Below, one piece after another: positions 31,501 to 40,847 of a stretch of 64,000 bases of DNA. The stretch comes from Rebecca billardiae RCC1528. Taxonomy: Eukaryota; Protista; Haptophyta. Position numbers and translations under genes: made by a program. The stretch spans positions 620,001-684,000 of the forward strand of contig OZ251242.1 in assembly GCA_965240325.2 (NCBI GenBank). Reading direction: 5' to 3'. The notes beneath the pieces are model-generated. The model saw only the letters and a list, made by a program, of their open reading frames with translations. It was not told where the DNA came from and did not search any database. Numbering within the stretch: the stretch's first letter is position 1; each line of letters opens with the position of its first letter.

Positions 31501-34500
31501 GAGCGATCGGTGGAAGTACTTTTCAAGCGTATCAAGGACATGATGCTGCCGAGTCTCTTTTCGTACCTCGAGTCGAAACGGCACATCGTGAACCCGAATG
31601 AGAATTTCCTGAATTTACATACTCTGCTCGAAATCTTCGAGCACGAGCTAAACGTATCGACCATGTCGGAGCTCCGAGCTGAGTTCAAGAAGCTCTACCC
31701 GGACCGACCGACCCCGGTGAGCGGCCCCGAGATGATCAAGCAAACGGTGGAGATGGTACGCGCATCACGCTATCGAGAGCTAGACGACGCCACACTCCTC
31801 GTTTTCAAGTTGTACAACGGGATGCACGAGCACCCAGAGGTCTACTCGACCGTCATCTCTATTTACGGTTCAATGTCGCCCCAGCAATGCGTGGCGCAGA
31901 CCGAACAGCTCACCGCCCAGATCGAGGACGCATACAGGCGTTGGACTCAGTCGCCCAAGGGACGACAGGCAACGCAACGTGACCCCAAGCGGGGCGGTCC
32001 CGCGCACGCTCTCAATACTGAGGAGGCGGACCGCCGACAACCAGCCGTCACGTGCTCGCACTGCGGGCTGCGCAATCACACCGCAGAGCGGTGCTGGAAG
32101 CTACATCCAGACTTGCGGCCACCCAGGCCGCCCGGCGCACCAAGGCAGGGCAACTTCAGGCTGCCCGCCAAGCCCGGCGGGCGCGACAGCAAGTTCATCA
32201 AAGTACCTCCGCCCCAAAAGCGGGCGGGGAGGCCACGGGCCCAGATGGTGCAAGACGAGGACATCGACCCGGAGCCCGATGACGCAGATCTCGAGCCGAC
32301 GCAATACGCGTATCTGGACTCGGGCGCGTCCCAATCATTTGTCGATATCAACCTCGGCCTGCTACACAATGCTCACCCGATCAGCATGTCTGTCAAGGTC
32401 GCCAAGCGCGACATTGAGCTACACGCATCCAAGGCAGGCGACATGTACGTATACTTACTCGACGCCGACTCAGACACAACCGTGCCGGTGTGCCTGGAAA
32501 ACGTCGTCGGAGTCGAAGATCTCGATACTACTCTCTTTTCAGTCAACGCGTTCGCCGCGGTCGGAATGGCTGTGGTGTTCGACGAACGACCATACATCCG
32601 CATCGGCCCCAAGAGGGTTCATTTGCGCCCCGACAACACGGTCGGATTCAAGGCAGTCGTACCCAAGGCCGAGACAGCCATGCCGGCCACCGCGGACGAC
32701 GTGCCACCAGACGTCGACCCGATCAAGAACGGGCGGAAGATCACGCTCTGGCAATCCAGACTAGGATATGCCGATATCAAGCGTGTACGCGCAACCTACC
32801 GCGCGAATGACAAGATGTCGGAGGCATCGCCCTGCACGTACCAGCCCTCCGACGTTGCCAAGTTCAAGGCCAAGCCGTTCCCGGGCACACGTGAGAGAAC
32901 AACTCGACCGCTCGAGATGCTCCACAACGATGTCATCGGGCCCATCAACGGGCTGCCCGCAAAGACTCCAAGGTGGGGAACTCTATTCATCGATGATTTT
33001 TCCGGATACATGCGCTTCTACGACATGCAAAACAAGGCTGAAGCGCCGGAGAAGCTCGACCTCATGGCCAGCGAGATGGGAGCCAACTCTCTATCCGCCA
33101 CCATGCAGAACAAGGGCATCGCCGGATGCACCATTCACCTCGACGGAGGCCGAGAGTTACACTCAAAGAATTGGAACCGAGTCCTTCGCAGGTACGACAT
33201 GCTATGCAACTACATGTCGCCCCCCCACACGCAGCAGCTGAACGGCGTCGCCGAACGTGGCCTCGGAGTCATCATGAATGACGCCAGGACAATGCTGTAC
33301 CTCTCAGGCGTACACCACAAATGGTGGTATTGGGCAGCCAAGTGCGCTGCCGCGCAACGCAACCTGATGAGCAAGCATCCTACCAGCGATGGCAAGCTGG
33401 TTTCACCGCACGAGCTGATGTTTGGCACCTCGCCCGGGCCCTTCCTGCAAAAGCTGAGAGTCTGGGGCTCGCCCTGCATCTACCTCGTACAGTCGATCAA
33501 CAAGCAGAACAAGCTACTCCCGCGCGCGCGGGAGGGCATCTTACTGGGATACGGATTTGACGGTATCTTCGAGCGAGGCACCATCAAGCGATCGCACGGA
33601 TACATCGTTTTGAGTGCCGACGACGGGAAAATCGTCATCACTCGGCACGTCAAGTTCAACGAGCAAGTCATTTTGGATCGAATCTCTACGCATTTCAAGG
33701 AGATCCGCGAAATTCGGGACCCCCTGCTGGCGTGGAGCGCTCGGCGACCTCCTCAAGGTGCAGATGCTGGTAAGACCCGTGACAGCAACACCAACGAGGA
33801 GGGCGACGAAGAGTTTGCCAGCAGCAGCAGTGACGCCGACAGCGACTCCGAGCGCGGAGGAGACGATCCGCCATCGCCGGACGAGGAATCAGACGACGAT
33901 GACAAGGACGACAGGGACAAACCCGACGACGACGAGAAGGGAAATGATGGCGACGGCGACGACGGTGATGGAGACGGCCCCGGAGCTGGAGGCAGACCAT
34001 CGCAGAGCAATACGCCACCGCAGCCAAAGCAGCCTCCTCCCTCCGCCGATCGCCGCCCACAGCGGACTCGCAACATGACTGGCAAGTCATACTTCCCGCC
34101 GACGCGGCGCGCGCGCGCGCGCGCGCAGCTCGCGCAGCTCGCATCAGATATCCCGGTACCTACATCGTTCAAGGAAGCGATGGAGAGCAAGCAAGCATCC
34201 GATTGGACAAGGGCTATCATGGAAGAATACGAGGCCCACGACAGGCTGGGCACATTCACGCCCGTCATTGTTCCCAAAGGGAAAGCAATTATCCCATCGA
34301 AGCTGGTCTTCAAGGTCAAAGCCAATCCAGATGGTACCATCGAACGGTACAAGGCAAGATTGGTTGGTCAAGGCTTCCGCCAGATTCAAGGAGTCAATTA
34401 CGACGAGGTGTTCTCGCCTACTATCCGGTACGAGAACGTACGCCTCCTATTGGCACTGACGACGGAGCTACGAACACCAGAAAGACCTTGGATCATCCAC

Positions 34501-36319
34501 TCCGCAGACGTGAGTACGGCGTACCTCCAAGCCCCATTGGAGGACGGCCTGAAGATCTACACTACGCTACCCCCGCTGTACCCGTGTGCCCTCAAGCCAC
34601 CCGCGGGACACGTGGTCGCGGCTGACTGGGATATGGCCCTTCCAGGATTTAAGCAGAGCGGCAGACGATGGCACATCCGCCTCAGCCAGAAACTGCGAGA
34701 GAAAGGATTCAAGAAACTCACACAGTCGGAGTGCATCTTCGTCCGCACCTCAGGAGACATCATCGACGTCATCGCAGTGTACGTGGACGACCTGCTTATT
34801 CTGAGCAGCTCCCCCGACAGCGCAAGACCCAGCTCGATTATCGGAGAAATTCGAAAAGAATTCACCCTCCGGGATCTGGGACCAGCGACGACTTTCCTAG
34901 GCATGAGTATCGCCCAGGGGCCCAAGTCGACGACTATCTCCATGTCACAGTACATCACCGATCTCCTCAAGAAGCACGACATGAGCGACATTACGCCCGT
35001 CGACAACCCGTGCAGATCGGCAGCAGAGCATCCGACAGCAGTCGAGACAGACGATTCATCATCGTGCTCGCCGGAGGAATCAAAGACCTACCGAGCAATT
35101 GTCGGAGCGCTACTATTCATCATGAACACCTGCCGACCCGACATCAGCTATGCAGTCAATATGTTGGCAAGGCACATGGCAAGCCCAAGCTCGAACGACC
35201 TTAAAGGTGCCAAGCGAGTGCTCAGGTACTTGGCCGGGACAAAGAATTCCGGCATCACTTTCACATCAACGGCTACTACTCAGCCACGAACGGAGATGTT
35301 TGTGGACTCGGACTGGGCCAACGATACAAAAGATCGCCGCTCGACCGGAAGCTATATCTACTTCCATGCTGGCGGCCCAGTATCGTGGCGCACCTTCAAG
35401 CAGTCAATCACAACCCTCTCATCATGTGAGGCCGAATATGTCGCACTCGCGGAAGGAGCCAAAGAGGCAGTTTACCTACGCGACATCATCAGCGATATCC
35501 TCAACATTCCAAAGACTCCCATTGTGATCCACGAGGACAACAAGGGGACGATTGATCTCTCAAAGAACAGCATTCATCATAAGCGCACCAAGCACATCGA
35601 CGTACGACACCATTTTATTCGAGATTGTGTCGACCTCGGTGCAGTCAACATCACCAAGGTGCAAACATCGGAAAACATCGCCGATTGTCTGACCAAGGCG
35701 CTACCCAAGGACAAGTTCACCAAATTTCGAGACATCATGGTTACACCAGTTTCGAATTGAGGGGGCGTGTCAAAGTCCAAGGCAGCCATCGGCGCCATTC
35801 CCCAGCTCGAGACTTTAATTCCAAGGCGCTGAGCAATTTCAGCCGCCAAGCTACAGACTTTCATCATGCAATTCAATCGGTTTCACCATTCAAGAGCAAG
35901 GCCAACAGCAGCCATTGTTCATGCAAGTTACTACTCCAAAGATAAGGAGCATCGGCACACACATGAGGTCTTCGGACTACACATCCAAGGGTCCAGGGAT
36001 TCTTCACCACTTGGGAAGGTACCCTGAACTGGACCAGAGACTACCATGCAGTCATCAGAACTTTCTTTTCATTTCGAGGAGACGTCCCGATCATCACAGG
36101 AAGCTTTCGTGCAATGACCCGAAGGCAATCAACGGAATTCCGAGAGCATTCCGACCGAGGGAAGCAGGCACACGAAGATTCCAAAATCTTCGATGCCACT
36201 TCCATCAGCTTTCACCAGACTGAAACATCAGTTACCTGAAACCACCGCCAGCAAGGGGGACGCCCCTTCGCCCCACGAAACACAGTAAGGACCGCACGAC
36301 ACGCGCGAAGCGCCAATCA
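28556..36319 (+). mobile_element. Full-length Ty1/copia LTR retrotransposon C
   Basis: 552-bp LTRs at 28556-29107 and 35768-36319 (TG..CA, no differences seen), TSD ATCAG, PPT GAGGGGGCG at 35759-35767. Confidence 0.97.
29107..35760 (+). CDS. Single-ORF Gag-PR-IN-RT-RH polyprotein (2217 aa) with ~700-aa N-terminal extension
   Basis: CSHCGLRNHTAERC, protease YLDSGAS, integrase LHNDVIGP/HLDGGRE/NGVAER, RT YVDDLL, RNase H VDSDWA/EAEY/EDNKG/ADCLTK, in copia domain order. Confidence 0.97.
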   Translation: MSSRVQNVVRSYDQRKRTRIDRLRHHGSPMLLDIDFGDNAGSARNDTGRKEDIEFPSSRWYDQGGSPRTFYEDCRSSIENRDRHDGHYPRGEQGPSRQGNGGGRHHAPTEYKHHRRSDDNLVPYDGTWFAESTRPSNSAHAHWHPPHSRGHRYHPSQHSEAERAAPRTGARATEPMTIPSAQERSSAHDKYPNGPRPSGTLGWDYKQPVVLPEQWRVPPSSQKDDSPSSQSLHRDATTQTESPDSASPTATGHDQHGGSSVAAPEAGAMAGDLPTISVVTDFKEPHSHYPFDPGQIPGEERSEPFEEFAPQLDDLARGSTPPPDALSLNDVLSVLKDAAIDINGLVYQDPMDIGDDIFTIGGMCSDPTDRPQSILCCNKAAWEHAARDKHRMSSYLCTYPLLAVSSWYGVGETFDCIIPEIPARKNMGNGIYCSQWSEIDDDDPKSRQPCDNQSCTSMHCTLECIICGMGRVCSYRCADAIQVQHQLECEQIIQFAAMNDGIDIDDDGIHFHRQDGPVAAADRRSLSVVNDAGASLDDICPWRPSKRCTIYSGGFIAAAAERQGHNYTVGDYVRERDGLHQSKFDLMFHCNDALLQPGVACFLHKEFYGLTSEASEGHSPADDGPPGGVTTYPPATTGDDNSAQQSSDGDESSTSSDMGSYATAEDHIETSSLDASPRTRRNGGEACITYLPDAHAMMAVQTSQPGVGSYKLNFFTIKSKMAIHGAIKDAVTEVKASFKGRATDTTSSMVTLVEARLSGYALAEAAVWTAENAIREPYATAFANMDADTTIMQMTIVYERSVEVLFKRIKDMMLPSLFSYLESKRHIVNPNENFLNLHTLLEIFEHELNVSTMSELRAEFKKLYPDRPTPVSGPEMIKQTVEMVRASRYRELDDATLLVFKLYNGMHEHPEVYSTVISIYGSMSPQQCVAQTEQLTAQIEDAYRRWTQSPKGRQATQRDPKRGGPAHALNTEEADRRQPAVTCSHCGLRNHTAERCWKLHPDLRPPRPPGAPRQGNFRLPAKPGGRDSKFIKVPPPQKRAGRPRAQMVQDEDIDPEPDDADLEPTQYAYLDSGASQSFVDINLGLLHNAHPISMSVKVAKRDIELHASKAGDMYVYLLDADSDTTVPVCLENVVGVEDLDTTLFSVNAFAAVGMAVVFDERPYIRIGPKRVHLRPDNTVGFKAVVPKAETAMPATADDVPPDVDPIKNGRKITLWQSRLGYADIKRVRATYRANDKMSEASPCTYQPSDVAKFKAKPFPGTRERTTRPLEMLHNDVIGPINGLPAKTPRWGTLFIDDFSGYMRFYDMQNKAEAPEKLDLMASEMGANSLSATMQNKGIAGCTIHLDGGRELHSKNWNRVLRRYDMLCNYMSPPHTQQLNGVAERGLGVIMNDARTMLYLSGVHHKWWYWAAKCAAAQRNLMSKHPTSDGKLVSPHELMFGTSPGPFLQKLRVWGSPCIYLVQSINKQNKLLPRAREGILLGYGFDGIFERGTIKRSHGYIVLSADDGKIVITRHVKFNEQVILDRISTHFKEIREIRDPLLAWSARRPPQGADAGKTRDSNTNEEGDEEFASSSSDADSDSERGGDDPPSPDEESDDDDKDDRDKPDDDEKGNDGDGDDGDGDGPGAGGRPSQSNTPPQPKQPPPSADRRPQRTRNMTGKSYFPPTRRARARAQLAQLASDIPVPTSFKEAMESKQASDWTRAIMEEYEAHDRLGTFTPVIVPKGKAIIPSKLVFKVKANPDGTIERYKARLVGQGFRQIQGVNYDEVFSPTIRYENVRLLLALTTELRTPERPWIIHSADVSTAYLQAPLEDGLKIYTTLPPLYPCALKPPAGHVVAADWDMALPGFKQSGRRWHIRLSQKLREKGFKKLTQSECIFVRTSGDIIDVIAVYVDDLLILSSSPDSARPSSIIGEIRKEFTLRDLGPATTFLGMSIAQGPKSTTISMSQYITDLLKKHDMSDITPVDNPCRSAAEHPTAVETDDSSSCSPEESKTYRAIVGALLFIMNTCRPDISYAVNMLARHMASPSSNDLKGAKRVLRYLAGTKNSGITFTSTATTQPRTEMFVDSDWANDTKDRRSTGSYIYFHAGGPVSWRTFKQSITTLSSCEAEYVALAEGAKEAVYLRDIISDILNIPKTPIVIHEDNKGTIDLSKNSIHHKRTKHIDVRHHFIRDCVDLGAVNITKVQTSENIADCLTKALPKDKFTKFRDIMVTPVSN

Positions 36320-36569
36320 ATCAGCAGCTGAGTGTCGGACGACGACCGCGGCGGCCACGCCCGGCGGCCCGCGCGCCGCGCGCGCGGCGGCGCGCCCCCG
36401 CGGCCCCCGCCCCCGCCCCCGCCGGCTTGATTCGAGTTCGGACGTTCGGTCTTCGCCACGGTCCGCGGCCGTTCATTCAGACTGCGCGGTCGCGAGACGC
36501 TTTTCCCGCGGCGGAAAATCTTGATGCGCGAGGCGCTCGTGGAAAGTCGTCCCGCGCACCTCGTAGTGC

Positions 36570-38216
36570 CTAGTGGTGCGCGGCCTCGGAGTCGGCCTCG
36601 GCCTCGGCCGGCGCGGCGCATGGCTTGCGCAGCCTCTTCTCGAGGAGGTCGACCGCTGCGCTGTACCGGGCGCTTGGCGTGCTCGCCTTGGCGGTGTAGC
36701 ACTGCACGGCACGCTCGACGCCGTCGACCGCGAGCGTCCAGATCGCCTCGGCACCCTCTGCGGAGCAAGGCGCAGCGCCGCCCGCCCCGGGCTCCTCGCC
36801 GCCCTCGGCCGCGCGCGCTCGAGGGCGCGCGCCGCTGCTCCCGGCCAGCGAGTATGGCGGCGCGGCGGGCGCGGCGCGCGCGAGCGCTTGGAACGCTCCG
36901 GCCTCCTGGACGAGCGAGCTCGGAGCGGTGTGCGTGGCGAACACGCCCGTCTCCAGCGCCGACGCCGCCTCTGCGAGCGTCGCGCCGTCCACCGCGGCGA
37001 GCTCGACGGCCTCGGCGCGCTCGGCTCGCAGCCAACTCCCCGTCAGCCGCGCGGCCGCCGATCGCGCCGCGAGCGCCTCGAGCACAGCGCTTGCGGGCGG
37101 GAGCTCGCGGCCGATCGGGCCGAGGTCGCGGCCGTCATGGGCGTCGAGGCCGAAGCGCGCACGGCTGGCGGGCGCGACGTAGGCGAGGCGCACGGCGAGC
37201 AGGAGGTGCGCCGCCGTGCTGTGCTGCGCGGTGCACAGCGCGCTGAGGCTCTCGCACCGCTGCCGCGCCATCGCCGCGGCGGCGCTGTCCCGCTGCCCCG
37301 AGCCCTGCGCGACCGCAAGCCCCACGAGCGCCTCGGACGCCACCGCCAGCGGCGCGAGGCCTGCGGGCAAGGCGGCGAGCCTCGCGACGCGCAGAGCTGC
37401 CGCGCGGCGTGGCGGCATCGGCACCTCGCCCAGCCCGACGACGCGCCACAGCCACGCGAGCACGCGGCGCCACTGCTTGTCGCTGGGCAGGCGGCTCGGC
37501 CGGAGCGGCGAGGCGCGCCCTCGGAGGGCGGCGCCGAAGCTGGGCGGGAGCTGCGCGTACGCGCCGAGGAACGGCACGCGTCCAGCCTCGGCCGCGCCCA
37601 CCACCTCGGAGAGCAGCAGCGGCGCGCCCGCGCGCACCACCGCGAGGTAGCACAGGCCGAGGGAGAGGGTGAGGTTGATGAGCAGACGGCGCGCCGGGGC
37701 AGCTGGGTCGGCCGAGCCGCCGCCGGCTGGCCGGGCGGCGTCAGCGTCGCGGCCGAGGCGCGCGGCCTTGGGCGGGCGCGTGGCCTCGTCGCTTGGCGAC
37801 GCGAGGAGGCGGAACCACATCTCGCCCGCGAAGCCGTGCAGCCGCGGCTCGTCGAGCTCGTACAGCGCCGCGAGCGCCCTCAGCTGCCGCTGCAGGATGT
37901 GCTGCAGTGCGCGGCACTTGAGCTCGTGCGGCACGGGCCCGCGCGCCGTGGCGTCGGCGTCGGGCGCGTCGACGGGCGCGGGGCTCGGCGCAGGGCGCCG
38001 CTTGTACCGCGTGCCCGTCATGTCGGCGGCGGCCTCGTGCTGCTCGGCGATGTGGTCCGCGAGCTGCGTGCCGCAGTCAGAGCAGACGAGCGCGCCGGAC
38101 AGCGCGTCCTCGGCGATGGCGTCCGACTGGCACACGGGGCACGCGCGCTGCGCGGGCCGCCGCCGGCCGTTGGCCAGCGCGGCGGCCTGGTACGGCTCGT
38201 CGTCTGAGTCGCTCAT
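36570..38216 (-). CDS. RNA polymerase I initiation factor TAF1B/Rrn7-like
   Basis: TFIIB-type Zn ribbon CPVC..GALVCSDCG; ALQHILQRQLRAL..EMW; TLSLGLCYLA..PLLLSEV..GRVPFLGAY. Confidence 0.75.
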   Translation of the reverse strand: MSDSDDEPYQAAALANGRRRPAQRACPVCQSDAIAEDALSGALVCSDCGTQLADHIAEQHEAAADMTGTRYKRRPAPSPAPVDAPDADATARGPVPHELKCRALQHILQRQLRALAALYELDEPRLHGFAGEMWFRLLASPSDEATRPPKAARLGRDADAARPAGGGSADPAAPARRLLINLTLSLGLCYLAVVRAGAPLLLSEVVGAAEAGRVPFLGAYAQLPPSFGAALRGRASPLRPSRLPSDKQWRRVLAWLWRVVGLGEVPMPPRRAAALRVARLAALPAGLAPLAVASEALVGLAVAQGSGQRDSAAAAMARQRCESLSALCTAQHSTAAHLLLAVRLAYVAPASRARFGLDAHDGRDLGPIGRELPPASAVLEALAARSAAARLTGSWLRAERAEAVELAAVDGATLAEAASALETGVFATHTAPSSLVQEAGAFQALARAAPAAPPYSLAGSSGARPRARAAEGGEEPGAGGAAPCSAEGAEAIWTLAVDGVERAVQCYTAKASTPSARYSAAVDLLEKRLRKPCAAPAEAEADSEAAHH

Positions 38217-38600
38217 GGCCTAACTCTCTGCTAGGGCGCCCGCGCGGAAGGTGCCATGCTGAGTAGTGCCGGTCGTCACTTTGACGAGGCGAGGGTCTGA
38301 AACTGCGTCGTCCGTCACACACAAGCCCGCTTCGAAAAGATCCTTTTGAGGTGATGATGCAGGTACTTTGCCACTCACAGATACTTCAGGACGATCATAG
38401 CTCAAGTGAATCTCATAAGTACTTCTTAACCGCTGATCATTGATACGGTTCATAGGGGGGTAATTCTATCCCATTTGGCCACTTATGTTCTATCATCATC
38501 ATCTCCCAAGCCGCAGATCAGCGGGTGGCAGCCTCCACTCCTGCTGGTGAGGGCGCACGAGGGCGCGCACACATCCAAGCGCACCAGAAAAGCACCCGCG

Positions 38601-40252
38601 ATGGCGACCACGTGGTCACCACGCGCCGAGATCGAGGCAATTCGCGCGCTCGCCGACGAGCACGTGCGCGTCGAGTCGTCCGACCTGCTCGCGATCATCT
38701 GGCGCGACTGGCTGCGCGTCTGCCTGCACATCGACCACGAGTCATACCCCACCAACCGGCCGCTCTGCTTCGTGGAGCCCGAGCGCAGCGGGATCCCTGA
38801 GAGCGTACTGGAGGTGCGCGCGCGGCACCCAACTCTCCGCGGGGCTGTGCGCCGCCCCGCCGTGCGCGCGTCCAGGCGCTGGCCGCGCGCCCGCTCGCGC
38901 CGTCACCCGCATGCGCCGCGACGCGCCGGCCCGGCGCGCCTCCCGCCGCGCAGGAAGCGATCGCGAAGGCGGAGGCCATTCCGTGGAAGGCGCGGGAGAA
39001 CGAGCCGTTGCGCACGTTCGCGCAGGCGCTGGTCAACGGTGCGCGCGTGCCCTCGCGCTGCCGCGTGGGGCGTAGCCGCGCGCATGCCCGCCGCTCGCGT
39101 CGCTCACTTCGGCGTGTGCGCGCGGCGCCGCGCGCGCGCGCAGGGCTGTGCATGCTGCGCGACGTGCGCGCGCCGACCATCCCGCCGCTCGCGCCCTCCG
39201 CCGACCCGCACGCGCCCAACGACCTGAGCACGGCGGCCGGCGACGCGGACGCCGACGACGACGGCGGCGGGCTGTACGACATGGACGACGCAGACGACCC
39301 CGCGGACGACGAGGACTACGAGTTTGCGTACGACGACCCCTTCGACACGAGCGAGCCGGCGGCGTTCACGCGTGGCTCGAGCTCGCCGCGCGGCGCGCGC
39401 AGGACGCACGTCGGGCTCGGCACGAGCGCGCGCGCGAGCGGCGGCGGCACGCCCGACCTGCCCGACGACGGCGGCGGGTGCGACGAGGCGTCTGGCCACC
39501 GCTCGCTCAAGAAGCTCAAGCTCGGCAGCGGCAAGATTGACGAGTACTCGCTCTACCAGCGCTTCGGCCGCGCGAAGCCGCCCCCCGCGGTGGCGGAGAG
39601 CGGGACCGTCGGCGCGGCCGCGCCAGACAGCCGCACGGGCAAGGCGCCGCTCACCACGGCGCTCGCGAGCACCGCGCAGGCCACCGACCGGCTGATGAAG
39701 GAGCTGAAGAGCGTGATGCTGCTCGACAGCGAGCGCGAGGGCTTCACCGCGGAGCCGGTCGGCGACAACCTGTACGAGTGGGAGGTGGTGCTCAGGCCGA
39801 CGCACGTCGAGCCCGCGCCCGCCGCGGCGCCGGGCGCCGCGCGCGTCGCCGAGCGCCAGCCCGGCGCGGAGAAGGTCGTGAGCAGCGCCGACGGCGGCGC
39901 ACCGGCCGAGCTGCCGCCGGTGACGCTGTGCTTCAAGTTCTCGGCAGACTTCCCGCTCACGCCGCCCTTTGTGCGCGTGGTCCGCCCGCGGCTCAAGGGC
40001 AACTTCGTCTTCCCGAACGGCGCGCTGTGCATGGAGCTGCTCACCAACGACGGCTGGAGCCCCGCCAACTCGATCGAGTCGGTGATCCACCAGATCCGCG
40101 CGATGCTCATCCAGGGCCACGTCGCCGTCGACTCGGCCGCGACCACGCGCTTTGGCGACACAAACGAGTCGCAGGCGCGGCGCGAGTTCCAGCAGATCAT
40201 CGACACGCACAAGCGGAGCGGCTGGAGCGACCTCAACGCGTGGCGATCTTGA
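38601..40252 (+). CDS. UBE2Q-like ubiquitin-conjugating enzyme; exons 38601-38813, 38954-39038, 39144-40252
   Basis: ATDRLMKELK, DNLYEWEV, FPLTPPFVRVVRP, GALCMELLT..GWSPA..IESVI.QI; N-terminal RWD-like YPTNRP region. Confidence 0.85.
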
Positions 40253-40847
40253 GCGGCCGACCGACCGCGTCGGCCGCCTGATGGTCACTGGGCAGGTCGC
40301 CTGCGCCCCCGGCCGGCATCAGAATCAGCTGGATCAGAGATCAGAATTGCCACCGCACATCATGCATCAGCGCAGTCTCGTCGCGGCAGTCGTCTCGTCA
40401 CAGCCATTCATCAGCATGGATGATCGCACGACGATTCATTCAGAGCCCGTGGCCGTGTGTCAAGTGTGAGCGGGCTCGGCCGGCTCGGCCGGGCGGTTGA
40501 CGGTCGCCGCTTTGTGCCTGACAGTGTCATCTCAATCGGTTCTGTGCTGCTCTCTGAATTGATGACGGATGCCTATCTTGATCGATCAATCGTCGTGTCA
40601 GATATTATATATACAGTTTATGGCGGGCCTTTGTTTTAACGTGCGTATATATAAAGGCTCACGCCATCCTTCATCGCACGCTCTCCGAAGAGAGACCTGG
40701 CGCCTTTTCGTGCGCGTCAAAAGGGGCCCCGCCCGCCGATTCCCGAACCGCCTCATCACCCGCTTTATCAGAGGGCCTGGACCGTTTTCTAGGTACCGTG
40801 CCGGCGGTTTCAAGGGCTCGCTCGGCCTTGTTCCTGCCCAAGGCGCC

